Source of the DNA: an uncultured virus (IMG/VR IMGVR_UViG_3300020463_003402)
Lineage: Duplodnaviria > Heunggongvirae > Uroviricota > Caudoviricetes
IMG/VR virus record: IMGVR_UViG_3300020463_003402
Length of the DNA stretch: 64,000 nucleotides
Direction: 5' to 3' (one strand)
Below the pieces are notes generated by a model. The model was not told the origin of the DNA, made no database searches, and saw nothing but the letters and a program-made list of their open reading frames with translations. A program made the position numbers and the translations under genes. Shown one piece after another: positions 19,401-28,354 of this stretch. How positions within the stretch are numbered: the stretch's first letter is position 1; each line of letters begins with the position of its first letter.

Positions 19401-21761
19401 GGCGAACCCCGCCGCGGTACCTAATCCCCGACCAGTGGCAACCTTAGCAAGCCTAGAGATTGTGCTACCTTTACCTTTTCCTCCGGTCAGCATATCCACG
19501 CCGCCAAGTAACCCCGCGCCCAGACGAAGAACGCTCCTTGTGGCCAGCACGCCACCTAGTATCGAGGCCGGTACTGCTAAAGCGCTTAGAATGGGGCCGA
19601 GGTCTCTTACCACTGAAAGAAAGTCAGCGGTCTTTTCAGTAAGCTTGGTAATGGTGTCTAGTAGTGGCTCCATTGACTCGTAGACAATCGATTTACTGAT
19701 AGAGCCCAAACGGTCTAACTGGTTAGCTAATGCTTCCATCTGCGTGTCGTTCGCACGGGCCGCAGAACCACCAATACGCATTTGTTCGCTTAGGTCTTCC
19801 GCTACGCTAATGTTATTTGCAAAAGCTCCGTATGCAGATGCTGCACGCACTTCCATACTTTCCATAGCATCACGGACAGTAAAACCACTCTCGGCCAGCG
19901 TTTTCATTACTGGTATCAAACCGTGAGTCGTAATATCTAGGTCAGACATTGAGAGCCCGAGGTTGTGTACAATCTCGGTAAAAGACTCTGACGGTTTCTG
20001 CAGGGATATAATAATTTGTCGAAGGCCGGTACCAAGGGTCGAACCAGCTCGGATACCCGAGTTAGCCATTGCGCCCAGTGCGGAGACCGTTTCTTCAAAC
20101 GTCACATTAGACTGGGCCGCTAAGTTACCCGAGTACTGAAGACCTAAGGCAAGTTTATCAAGGTTCAATTTGGAGCTGTTCACAGCCGTAGTCATTTTGT
20201 CTACTATGTTGATCATCTGCGAACTGTCTTTATTAAATACCCCTAATGTTGATGTGGCGAGGTCAACGGCACTTTTTAAGTCAGAACCTACCGCGGTAGC
20301 AAAGAGCGTAACTCCCTCTATCGCATTCTGGATATCATTTTGACCTAAGCCAGCCTGACCAAGCGTTATGGCCGCATCTGCGACGTCCGTGGCTGTAAAC
20401 TTAGTTTTTTCAGAAACATCAATAAGGTTTTTAGACAGCTCTTCCATTTCCTCATTGGTGAGGTTCACAATGGATTGAAGTTGTTTGAACTGTCTATCTA
20501 GCTCAGTTGAGAACGTCGCGGACGTTGCAAGACCACCAACACCGGCGCCCATCACAGCGTAGTTACGAAGTAACTGCCCTTGGTTTCTGAATAGCTGGGC
20601 TCCGCCATCTAAGCGCTGATTGGTTTGCGATTGTCTAATCTGTTCAATACGACGAGCGACACGCTGTTGTTCGGTTACTTGTGTCGAGGGCCTCTGGGCT
20701 TTTTGTGCTGCTTTTTCAGCACGCTTGGCCTCGGCCGCAGCATCAGCGAATTCTTTTAATCGTGCTTTGGCAAGCTTGGTTGATTCTTCAAGTTCTCTTA
20801 GCGCTTTACCCGCGTTATTCTCTAGCGTTTTATTTCTCGTCTCCGGCGCGAGACTGGACTTCAGCGCTTTACGGGCGGCATTCTCGTAAACCTTATTCCG
20901 AGCAATAGCGTCCTCTAGTTGAGTTCTGTTCAACGTAGAGATTTGAGACGCTTTAACCTTCTGCCCTTTAGCTACGGTAGGGTTTAATCGAAACTCATCA
21001 TCATTGTAGGATTTAAGGGTTCGTCTTACAGTTCGAGCTTGCGTGTCTTGCGCTACTTCTGCTTTTTTAGAAGCGTCGGTAAATTTCTTTAGTCTTGCTT
21101 CCGCAGCGACTAAGCCTGACTCGAGCTTCTTAAGCGCATTTTGAGCTTTCTTCTCAAGACTGGTATCACCTAAGCGAATCGCATCGTTAAGCGCACTTTG
21201 TGCTCCACTACGTAAAAGCTTTTGCCTTTGAATCCCTGTGCGCAATTCACTTTCGTTTAACGTGTTTACTCGAGACTTATAGAGCTGGCTTCCTTTTGGA
21301 ACGGTAGGGTTCTTACGAAATTGAAGGTCGTAATAGTCAGCAAGGTCCTTTGCTTGTTTCTTGGCTTGCGCTTGGGCCTGTTTAGTGAAGCGGCCTGTAA
21401 TTTCCCCAAAGGCTTGATTCAGCCCTTTCACTAATTGCTGTTGCTGTTGAGGGTTGAGTCCCTTCCCAAGGGTTAAGGCAATTTGATCTAGTAACGCACG
21501 CGCATTCTTTTGGTTCTCACTTAAGATTTTGCGCTGAGTGTTAACTTCATTCTTAGCGTTCTGGGCGAGTTCAGAGCGCCCCTGTGGGGTGTCCTTAATG
21601 GCCTTAATGTTGGCTTGAAGTTGTTGACTAGCGGCTTGTGTGACCCGCTCTAGCTTTTCAAACTCGCGAGTTAGTTCCTCGATTACCTTTTTGGATTTAG
21701 GATCGACGGTAAAATTAAGTAAGGTATTTCTAATTGTATTGGATGCATTGCTGCCGGCCAT
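16440..21761 (-). CDS. Tape measure protein
   Basis: ~1770 aa helical; TMP core (KTKFTATDVADAAITLGQAG, MANSGIRAGSTLGTGLR). Confidence 0.95.
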   Translation of the reverse strand: MAGSNASNTIRNTLLNFTVDPKSKKVIEELTREFEKLERVTQAASQQLQANIKAIKDTPQGRSELAQNAKNEVNTQRKILSENQKNARALLDQIALTLGKGLNPQQQQQLVKGLNQAFGEITGRFTKQAQAQAKKQAKDLADYYDLQFRKNPTVPKGSQLYKSRVNTLNESELRTGIQRQKLLRSGAQSALNDAIRLGDTSLEKKAQNALKKLESGLVAAEARLKKFTDASKKAEVAQDTQARTVRRTLKSYNDDEFRLNPTVAKGQKVKASQISTLNRTQLEDAIARNKVYENAARKALKSSLAPETRNKTLENNAGKALRELEESTKLAKARLKEFADAAAEAKRAEKAAQKAQRPSTQVTEQQRVARRIEQIRQSQTNQRLDGGAQLFRNQGQLLRNYAVMGAGVGGLATSATFSTELDRQFKQLQSIVNLTNEEMEELSKNLIDVSEKTKFTATDVADAAITLGQAGLGQNDIQNAIEGVTLFATAVGSDLKSAVDLATSTLGVFNKDSSQMINIVDKMTTAVNSSKLNLDKLALGLQYSGNLAAQSNVTFEETVSALGAMANSGIRAGSTLGTGLRQIIISLQKPSESFTEIVHNLGLSMSDLDITTHGLIPVMKTLAESGFTVRDAMESMEVRAASAYGAFANNISVAEDLSEQMRIGGSAARANDTQMEALANQLDRLGSISKSIVYESMEPLLDTITKLTEKTADFLSVVRDLGPILSALAVPASILGGVLATRSVLRLGAGLLGGVDMLTGGKGKGSTISRLAKVATGRGLGTAAGFAARAIPGVGLATAVGTAGVYGYQYLDGRARANDRVDSTQAALNRGTSETKVYEDQLKKVGSAIDTLILKQNDLTNNESLQREIRRLNDEFRQQGLYIDDSIDSYDKLITKMKEFEDATRDGVGYLQNQNRNNFVDNSEAKLNELFSIGFFDSSERRLLAEEKGTDVSVGSGKTATQRGRFASRGNVYRSLIDTALPNFGDDLAGINELIRNINPQEAGAYGRAQEARTQTQALQSQLFNILNQSPQELDSLMQQFGLSGDARDKAEEYINNLAQEMLNRANTLLEVENNQKQYDSLDPSIKEEERKIAQVVIKNRRELLNDIAETSEEINALTEKNKDYETSDYLGTFKDINTLVRDQIKALLEDEKEAIAELEAQGVSNPRLVLQEQGYYQAAGEARGKLERSLQSVAKDARPDANLYYPARLAELDKELDVLRDQLRQVTDRETSDEIKTKLQELNLERERVANEQDTLFAAIDGNSPVSVAQRDRELNARVTLGNQEFDTIQAKTFARSRLERSIGEQQDLDVRDFKLLGDDDELSRLLTDVIGTEQGEINNALAKARQEAEKLRTQAEDTRYEAQRYIDISNNEGYTDETRERAAGIANDIESQAVQLEKEAIALEEQAVRQAKEALMDFANYLQETIVDNPALTDGRSKAKTRKSIEGIEGQNISLDSNLEDLSQASKEADRGLREFRDQMGDTVRKINQSIYESDQFRQTQAAIYGTQYSPLGEQGVDETYGGRGGKGVASQFANAGSYIVDEVNSSYENFDVLTQMTMEATEAAKGLGDAFGATFADIITGASDSEDAFRSLGVSILTEMANIATRALANQLIMSLFSGLGLMGGGMGGGMGGFFGGGMFTGGPVIAGSYKTGGLITSGMSTRDSTYAKVSRGEFVLRKAAVDALGLETVKALNSADPNSVKDKEMMNSNATQAMSASNSEGGGVVNVYVVSEKQLPPMGPNDVKAIIGDDIARDGELASLVAQVAMRTK

Positions 21762-21780
21762 CGTCAATTTCCCCTAATTG

Positions 21781-22152
21781 TTACCCAAAAACGGCTCTTG
21801 CTCGGGCCTCAGCTTCTATTTCATCTTTTGGTACCGTGCTCGTAGTTTTACGTCTGGGCTTGCCTGAACCACTTTCTTTTTTACCGAAGATAGTCCCTGC
21901 GGCATTCAATAACGTCACATACTCTTGGGTCATTGTGACAGTCTTTAATCCAAGTGTTAGCTTGGTTTTAACTTTGATATCTTGGTTGCTATGAGACCAA
22001 AATATCTTCTGTAGCTGGCTGGGTACAGTTTCGAAAACAAAACACAACTGCTCTTCAAACGACAGTTTTAGGTACCAAGAATTGAAGACCTCTAAGTGGT
22101 CTGCTTCTTCTTCATTCGTTGCTTGGCTCTTTGTAGAGCCTTCATAAAAAAA
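21781..22152 (-). CDS. C-terminal extension of the tail assembly chaperone (gpGT-like, -1 frameshift)
   Basis: T-TTT-TTT slippery heptamer at 22146-22152; -1 frame open to 21781. Confidence 0.75.
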   Translation of the reverse strand, partial: FFYEGSTKSQATNEEEADHLEVFNSWYLKLSFEEQLCFVFETVPSQLQKIFWSHSNQDIKVKTKLTLGLKTVTMTQEYVTLLNAAGTIFGKKESGSGKPRRKTTSTVPKDEIEAEARARAVFG

Positions 22153-22439
22153 GTCTCAACGTGCTCCGATACCCATTCCAGCAAGTCCAGTATTTGGTCT
22201 GGGTCTGCCTTCATTCTATTAATATCGAAATTCTGGGTTATTCGGCCAGTCTCATTTCTTTCAGATAGGAGTTCAGTAATTACACTCGCTCGAACGTCGG
22301 AATTTAAGAGGATTTGTTCGAGTTCTTCCGCATTTCTAAAGTACCCTGTGATGGTATTGAGTAGCGCAAAACTCATGAAAACTTCTTTATCTTCGCCGTT
22401 AACGCTGATGTTAAAGGTTACAGAAGGGTTATCACTCAT
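22092..22439 (-). CDS. Tail assembly chaperone (gpG-like)
   Basis: Between major tail and tape measure genes; contains the slippery site. Confidence 0.8.
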   Translation of the reverse strand: MSDNPSVTFNISVNGEDKEVFMSFALLNTITGYFRNAEELEQILLNSDVRASVITELLSERNETGRITQNFDINRMKADPDQILDLLEWVSEHVETFFMKALQRAKQRMKKKQTT

Positions 22440-22452
22440 CGTCAATTTCCTT

Positions 22453-22476
22453 AAAAAAGGCCTCCGAAGAGGCCTT
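22453..22476 (-). terminator. Intrinsic terminator after the major tail gene
   Basis: AAGGCCTC-TTCG-GAGGCCTTTTTT. Confidence 0.8.
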
Positions 22477-22501
22477 CTAAACAGTTTTTAAACCCAGGGT
22501 T

Positions 22502-23332
22502 TTACGACAATGCGTTTTGTACTGAGTCATGAACCAACTTACCAGAGGTACCTTTGAAAGGTGCATAGTAAGTATCGGAAGGTGTAACTTTAAGTGGCGT
22601 AAACTCAAATGGTGTATTACCAAAGTTGTCGGTACCAAATGCCATAGTAAGACCTGAAGAAACACGCATCTTAGGAATAAGAAGTGTGATCCACTTACCG
22701 TTAGCTAGCTGGCCTTGAACCTTAGCCGCAAAGTCTCGGTCAACATCCGTTGAGCCCACATCAAGTACCGTAACGATAGACACATACGAGCCTGCTGGGA
22801 CCGACCATGCCATAGTAGAGTCTGGGACTTCCACTTCGATAGTAGCGGTTGCTGCCGTGCCGGAGGTTAGTCCTGAAACATTTGTTACGGTTCCTAAAAC
22901 GATATTTTCTGAAATAGGATCGCGAACACTAACCACGCTACCAGCTTTAATATCCTGTCCCGTACCATCATTGAGTTCTAGAGATACCGTTCCACCTGAA
23001 AACGCCGCAGTGGTCTTAACTACGTGGGCATCACCTTCAGGAGATACCAACTCCCCACCGTCTAAACCCAACGCATACGCAAGGTTCTTTTCGGTGTATT
23101 CGTACATTTCGAATGTGCCTCGAGTCGTGGCACCCGTTGTTAGTGTGAAAACAACATCGTTAGTTCGGCCTTGGGTAAGGTCAGAACGTTCCTTGGTTGC
23201 TTCGATTGTGAAATTCTTAACTAGGCCCACAGAATGCTCTTCTGGGTTTAGTTTATAGAGGTCTTCTGGGTTACCAATCATTACAGTGGCAGTACCCAAC
23301 ATAAAATCAGTTGTTTTAGCTTCACCAGCCAT
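22502..23332 (-). CDS. Major tail protein
   Basis: Synteny; beta-rich tail-tube-like sequence; followed by terminator and chaperone. Confidence 0.8.
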   Translation of the reverse strand: MAGEAKTTDFMLGTATVMIGNPEDLYKLNPEEHSVGLVKNFTIEATKERSDLTQGRTNDVVFTLTTGATTRGTFEMYEYTEKNLAYALGLDGGELVSPEGDAHVVKTTAAFSGGTVSLELNDGTGQDIKAGSVVSVRDPISENIVLGTVTNVSGLTSGTAATATIEVEVPDSTMAWSVPAGSYVSIVTVLDVGSTDVDRDFAAKVQGQLANGKWITLLIPKMRVSSGLTMAFGTDNFGNTPFEFTPLKVTPSDTYYAPFKGTSGKLVHDSVQNALS

Positions 23333-23387
23333 CGTCAATCTCCAAATTTTAGGTTATTATTGATACCTTGCTGAAGGAGGATGAAAC

Positions 23388-23729
23388 ATGGCAAAACTTA
23401 CACCAATTTCAATCATCACACCCACGAACATTTTTGTGACCGCAGCCAGAGCACCTATTGAAGGTGAATCGGATGCGGACAAGTTGCGCGTCTTATTAGA
23501 CCACTTTTTACACAATAACTTAAGTCCAATCGATATGCGTGTTGTTCCTAAGTCGGCATCATCAAAAAGCTTTACCTTAAGACTACCCAAAAAAGTTTTG
23601 AATCGTCTTGATCAGTACTGCCAACGAACACTATACACCCGTCAACAAGCTTTTCAAATCGCTGTTTGCGCAAGCTTGAAGGACTTAGGACTTACTCATT
23701 TTGTCGATTCATCTAAAGCTGAGGCTTGA
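23388..23729 (+). CDS. Ribbon-helix-helix-like DNA-binding protein, antisense within the tail operon
   Basis: Strong SD GGAGG; SFTLRLPKKVLNRLDQYC..TRQQAFQIAV RHH pattern. Confidence 0.6.
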   Translation: MAKLTPISIITPTNIFVTAARAPIEGESDADKLRVLLDHFLHNNLSPIDMRVVPKSASSKSFTLRLPKKVLNRLDQYCQRTLYTRQQAFQIAVCASLKDLGLTHFVDSSKAEA

Positions 23730-24154
23730 AAAATTATCGACTGAATAACCCGAGAATTTTTTCCGTCTTGAACTGGAAGAATCTGGGTCATATTCATACA
23801 CGTAATATTTCCCCTTCTAGCCCCTGTAGTCTCATCAAAAAGCGTAAAGGTTTTCGTTGGCCTTAAACACTCAAAAATATGATCTACGACTTTGGTTAGT
23901 CGCATATTGTTAGTGTCCGATACCGTACTAATAGTTACTGCCGCAGAAAGCGTGTCTAGCGGAATATCGTCCGTGCCCGACTGTACTGCTAAATCCTCAA
24001 TACCAATAAAGTCCCCTTCTGGTAACTCATCTTCATTGGAAAAGGCATCGAGGTTGAGGCTCTTAAATTCAGTTCCGACAAGCGCACGCAATAGCTTTGC
24101 ATTATCACTGCAGAAGCGAAGTAGAGAGGCTTGGATATTTATATACTGGGCCAT
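23696..24154 (-). CDS. Tail terminator/completion protein
   Basis: Synteny upstream of the major tail gene; size. Confidence 0.55.
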   Translation of the reverse strand: MAQYINIQASLLRFCSDNAKLLRALVGTEFKSLNLDAFSNEDELPEGDFIGIEDLAVQSGTDDIPLDTLSAAVTISTVSDTNNMRLTKVVDHIFECLRPTKTFTLFDETTGARRGNITCMNMTQILPVQDGKNSRVIQSIIFQASALDESTK

Positions 24155-25063
24155 TTAAAGGACACCTTCTCGTTGTAGGTAAGAGGTTAAAGAATTTTTT
24201 CCTGTACTAGAAAGTAAGGCGCCAAAGTAAGGTAACAAAATAGCATGCTTGTACTTATGCAAATGACCTATCTTGTTTCGTTCCTTTTGGTCAATTAAGC
24301 CTAACGTTTCAAGTATATCGGCCAGTTCATCAAAGTCCGATTTAGCACCTAGAAAGCTGTTGAGTTTAGATAGAAAACTAACGTTGATACCTGCACTGGC
24401 CAACCCCTCGACCAAGGCACGTTGTGCGGATATCTGGCCTCGTCTTCCTTCAACCGAGACTCTAGAGTTGGGACCTAATCTTGCACCTGTATTGGTTCTA
24501 ACCGCGCCTTGTCTCAAGTAATGATTTACCGCAGGGATCACGGCATCTTTCCACGCCACATACTCTCGGGTTCTAGGGTTATAAGCTTTACCAGCCCATT
24601 TTGAAAACTTGAGCCCAGGCTTTAAAGCGGAGGAACCCGTAGCAACCGGAGACAAAGAAAGCCCCCCCAGTCCCGTATAAAGCTTTGCACCAACATCATT
24701 ATTGCTGCCTAATCGTCTTAGCAACTGAACTAGAGAAGTCTTACCTTTTTTCTCACTGAGCCCCCTAAACAACATCGGCTCTTGAGTTAAAGGCTTCTTA
24801 CCTAGGCCTATATTTTTGCGAATTTGCCATCGTGAGGTTATTCGTTTACTTGTTCCCTCATAGCCAAAAGCATTCGGCGCGTAGCCAATTACCTCCGCCT
24901 CCTTCGACATAGCGCTTATCATTGCAGCAAGAGAAGTAAAAACATTATTCAGAAAAGCAACGGTGGCCGACTCTATCTCACTTCGAACAAAAGCGGTTTC
25001 CCCTTCGGTTAAACCTGTAACTAGAGCTTCGAACTGGGCTTGAAAATCAGCGGTAACCGACAC
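24155..25063 (-). CDS. Neck/tail completion protein (putative)
   Basis: Basic protein in the head-tail joining block. Confidence 0.45.
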   Translation of the reverse strand: MSVTADFQAQFEALVTGLTEGETAFVRSEIESATVAFLNNVFTSLAAMISAMSKEAEVIGYAPNAFGYEGTSKRITSRWQIRKNIGLGKKPLTQEPMLFRGLSEKKGKTSLVQLLRRLGSNNDVGAKLYTGLGGLSLSPVATGSSALKPGLKFSKWAGKAYNPRTREYVAWKDAVIPAVNHYLRQGAVRTNTGARLGPNSRVSVEGRRGQISAQRALVEGLASAGINVSFLSKLNSFLGAKSDFDELADILETLGLIDQKERNKIGHLHKYKHAILLPYFGALLSSTGKNSLTSYLQREGVL

Positions 25064-25066
25064 GGC

Positions 25067-25549
25067 CTACACCTCTACGCGGTAAATTCCTGAAACAGGC
25101 ATAACCTTAGTTACGGTTCGGCCATTTATCTTGGCATCCTTGGGGATTTTAGAACCAAAGTAAAAGACCTCCTGTGAGACCGTAAGACCTTTTACCTCAG
25201 TGGGGGTTTCAATTTCCTGTACACAGGAAAGGGTTTCACTTTCAGTACTAAAGCCATTGGTCTCCAACCCCGTTACAGGATGGCGGACGCGAATAGAATA
25301 GGTAACATTAACCTCAGCGTTAATAGCCAATCCAAGGAAAACGTTATTTAGTCCGTAGGCATGGTGTTCGGCCAGTAGGAAGGCTGTGTGTTCATTCTTA
25401 CGAATAATATCCCCTGCTTTAACCCTGAAGCGCTTTGGTATATGCACCAAGGACCTAACGGGTACCAGACTTCTAAAACTCTCATTCGGCTGCGTAGTAC
25501 GTGCAACCAAATTAAGATTCCCCGAAGTATATCGGGTGAAGATATTCAT
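25067..25549 (-). CDS. Head closure protein (putative)
   Basis: Synteny; beta-rich. Confidence 0.45.
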   Translation of the reverse strand: MNIFTRYTSGNLNLVARTTQPNESFRSLVPVRSLVHIPKRFRVKAGDIIRKNEHTAFLLAEHHAYGLNNVFLGLAINAEVNVTYSIRVRHPVTGLETNGFSTESETLSCVQEIETPTEVKGLTVSQEVFYFGSKIPKDAKINGRTVTKVMPVSGIYRVEV

Positions 25550-26232
25550 GCGTCCTCACCTGTGAATGGGTCGGTTCGGCTCACAAACTCAAGTAGTGGG
25601 GCTTGAGGGAATTCAGCCACGGACTCAAACGTTAATTTGTGAGCCCAGTACTGAGAGGTAATAGAGTCCTGCACGGCTTTTATATCAATATTTGATAGTC
25701 GAGACTTCTTAGTGTCGTCAATTTCATTAGACTTTAGCGTTTTCAGTCCTAACGCAGGAAGGTGGCGCACAGCTTCATGTAGCAAAATTAACTTGTTGAT
25801 ACGAGCGTTTGTATCTTCAAGTAGGCCTTGGCCAAGTTCATTTACCAGCTCATTGAACGAGTAAATAAAATCAATCTCACTATCAGGGAGTTCTTCTTCG
25901 TATAGCCCGATAAGGGTTCTTAGATTCGAAGGTGTGGATGTAAACATAAAATCCATATGAACCCGAACAATATCCGTATAAATACGTTGGCGATTTTCGC
26001 TAGTGAACTTAACCGTCAACTTAAAAAAGCTCAAGATATCACTGCTGCTGACTTTCAGGATATCTTGAGGGATGCTGTAATCAGCATCAAAAGGTACATC
26101 CACCGAATGTACCTCAACGCCCTCTTGGTCCTTGAGGGAGACACTTACGGTCCCAAAGTCCGGCAAATAGGTGTAGTCACCTATTTGAAACTCGGTCAGC
26201 ATTAACATTTCGTTATTTGGGACGCTTAACAT
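25546..26232 (-). CDS. Head-tail adaptor (putative)
   Basis: Synteny; helical C-terminal half. Confidence 0.5.
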   Translation of the reverse strand: MLSVPNNEMLMLTEFQIGDYTYLPDFGTVSVSLKDQEGVEVHSVDVPFDADYSIPQDILKVSSSDILSFFKLTVKFTSENRQRIYTDIVRVHMDFMFTSTPSNLRTLIGLYEEELPDSEIDFIYSFNELVNELGQGLLEDTNARINKLILLHEAVRHLPALGLKTLKSNEIDDTKKSRLSNIDIKAVQDSITSQYWAHKLTFESVAEFPQAPLLEFVSRTDPFTGEDA

Positions 26233-26241
26233 GGTTGTTCC

Positions 26242-26655
26242 TTAAGACTTCGCTTTAGTTGTGCGAGTCGTGGTTTTCTTAGGGGCTGGTGCCGGTGCTG
26301 GTTCTGGTGAGTCTTCCTTATCACCTTCGCCAGAGTCTTCCTTATCACCTTCGCCAGAATCGTCCTTATCACCTTCACCCGAGTCTTCCTTACTCTCTTC
26401 AATGCCTTCAAGACTCAGCTTGAAATTTTCCAGTGCGGTTTCCCAGTCACCATCGTGATCGTCAAAGAACTTTTTGAACTCTTCATCCGTGGCGTTATCT
26501 GGCAAGTCGTTATCCAGCACCTTTATTTGCTGCTGTGAAACAAACTGGTCCACTTCCGTGCAATGGCCAATTACCGAAGGGCGGAACGCTTCAATAATTC
26601 CGAAACGCGTCATTAGCATAAAATTTTTAGTGGTTTTAGCTAAGATCATTTTCAT
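26242..26655 (-). CDS. Acidic low-complexity protein after the capsid gene
   Basis: SD GGAG before ATG 26655; EDSGEGDK repeats; basic tail. Confidence 0.65.
   Translation of the reverse strand: MKMILAKTTKNFMLMTRFGIIEAFRPSVIGHCTEVDQFVSQQQIKVLDNDLPDNATDEEFKKFFDDHDGDWETALENFKLSLEGIEESKEDSGEGDKDDSGEGDKEDSGEGDKEDSPEPAPAPAPKKTTTRTTKAKS
26311..26392. repeat. 24-bp tandem repeat (~3.4 copies), encodes EDSGEGDK
   Basis: gtcttccttatcaccttcgccaga units. Confidence 0.9.
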
Positions 26656-26702
26656 TAGTTGATTCTCCAAGTAGCCCCCTTAATTAAGGGGGCTATTGTT
26701 GG

Positions 26703-27908
26703 TTAGGTCGTGGTATCGAAGATTACGCGAGTATCACCGTAAACTAGGCGATAACCTGAGTTCTCAGTCTTCACGTAAGTAATCGACTGGTTCTTGATTG
26801 CTGTCTCAGACTCAGACAGTACAGAACCGGCTTCGATAAGTTCTTCCAGCGTGTCAGCCTTTGAATAACAAATCAGCTTACCAGTTGGGGCTGAGCTTGA
26901 AATATGGAAGTTAACACCGCTTAAGAAGTCCATGGCCAGAGCCACGCGAGGACCACCGTTCTCCTGAAGAATTTCAGAAGTAGACTTACCGTTAGGTTGA
27001 GTTGGTAAGAACATTAGGAACAGTTCTAACCACATATCGTAGTTACCTACGATAGTATCCACAGGAACACCTTTACGCGCACGCTGGGCCAAGAAGTCCG
27101 CTAATGCCACGTAGTTACCTTTAAGTCCTTTAGCAGCATCCCAATCTTTATAGGCTGAGGCTGCAACCACTTCTGCCGCTTCGTGAACACCATCACCATT
27201 GATCAATAGCGAGGTAGCCATCTTCACTTTGCTGATTTCTTTGTTACGCGCAATACGGGCCGCATATGGAGTCAGGATATCTAGGCTCACACGACGTTCA
27301 AATTCGTATGAGGTACGGATACCTGAACCATGCTTGAAGAACTTAACCGACTTCTCAGAGCTTTTGATAGTCTGCATCGGAATGTTCGCAAGTTCCGCGA
27401 TAGGCGAAGTATTTAGCTGGCCTTGATCGTCAAAAATTGCGGTGGTAATAAGCTCGTGGCCCGTGATAGTTCGGGTCTGTGCAACCATAGGTGCCGTTGA
27501 TTCGAACATATCTTGGCGCGTATTCCACTGAAGCATATCATCGATAACTTCTGGGAAAAGTGCGCGAGAGCCTGGGCGTGCACTGAAAGTATCCGCTGCA
27601 GCTTGAAGTGTAATGCCTTGCTCAAAAGCGTTTTTGAACGGAAGGTTCAACTCTACGATCGCCGCTTGATAGCCGGTCATAAAGTTACCATTATCCAAAC
27701 GGAAGTTTTTACCAGACTCAGCATCATTTGACGCACGAACGTCAACTGCTAGGTTTAGGTAATCACGAACGTTAATACCGTATTGTTTTGCTGCTTGTAC
27801 CAGCTTTACGCCAGCGCGAATAGATTCGTCGCTGTGCTCACTATTAATACCCGCTAAAACCACGTTAAGTGGGGCGCGTTTAATCTGACTAAGATTTGCT
27901 GCTTGCAT
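26703..27908 (-). CDS. Major capsid protein
   Basis: ~400 aa after protease and decoration genes; HK97-like features (LFPEVI, KHGSGIRTSYE, LLINGDG); followed by a hairpin at 26672-26695. Confidence 0.85.
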   Translation of the reverse strand: MQAANLSQIKRAPLNVVLAGINSEHSDESIRAGVKLVQAAKQYGINVRDYLNLAVDVRASNDAESGKNFRLDNGNFMTGYQAAIVELNLPFKNAFEQGITLQAAADTFSARPGSRALFPEVIDDMLQWNTRQDMFESTAPMVAQTRTITGHELITTAIFDDQGQLNTSPIAELANIPMQTIKSSEKSVKFFKHGSGIRTSYEFERRVSLDILTPYAARIARNKEISKVKMATSLLINGDGVHEAAEVVAASAYKDWDAAKGLKGNYVALADFLAQRARKGVPVDTIVGNYDMWLELFLMFLPTQPNGKSTSEILQENGGPRVALAMDFLSGVNFHISSSAPTGKLICYSKADTLEELIEAGSVLSESETAIKNQSITYVKTENSGYRLVYGDTRVIFDTTT

Positions 27909-27950
27909 CGTCAATCTCCAAATTTTTATTTGCGGTGAGAATCTTCCGAA

Positions 27951-28343
27951 TTAACGGAAGATTACCGATACCGTTTGGTTGGTGGTATCAACGGCGGCAA
28001 CAACCACGTTGCGACCCGCCCCAGCTCCGGCAACTTTTACCTTACCGTCACCGTTTGATACAACATTGCCACCTACGGTTGGGGCTGTACCGGCGTATTC
28101 AAAAACCGCGCACATATGCCAAGAAACCGCACCCATTTTTACTTTTTCTACATCACGGTCTTCATAAGACTCGAGATAACCTAGAATCTCATCGTCTGCT
28201 GATCCGAAACCCACCGTAAAATTACCGGTAATAGAAACAGGCTTACCAATGGCGTCGAAGCCTGTAATAGAGGTATCCAAATAGAATGACGCTGCCGCGG
28301 ATTCAGTGCGGATACCTTGATGTTGTAAATCGCCAATTTGCAT
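27951..28343 (-). CDS. Head decoration/cement protein
   Basis: Small Gly/Ala/Val-rich protein between scaffold and capsid genes. Confidence 0.65.
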   Translation of the reverse strand: MQIGDLQHQGIRTESAAASFYLDTSITGFDAIGKPVSITGNFTVGFGSADDEILGYLESYEDRDVEKVKMGAVSWHMCAVFEYAGTAPTVGGNVVSNGDGKVKVAGAGAGRNVVVAAVDTTNQTVSVIFR

Positions 28344-28354
28344 GACTCTTCCCC

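Noticed and set aside
25712..25725. GAAATTGACGAC inside the adaptor gene
   Set aside because: Far from any start codon and encodes EIDD; probably incidental.
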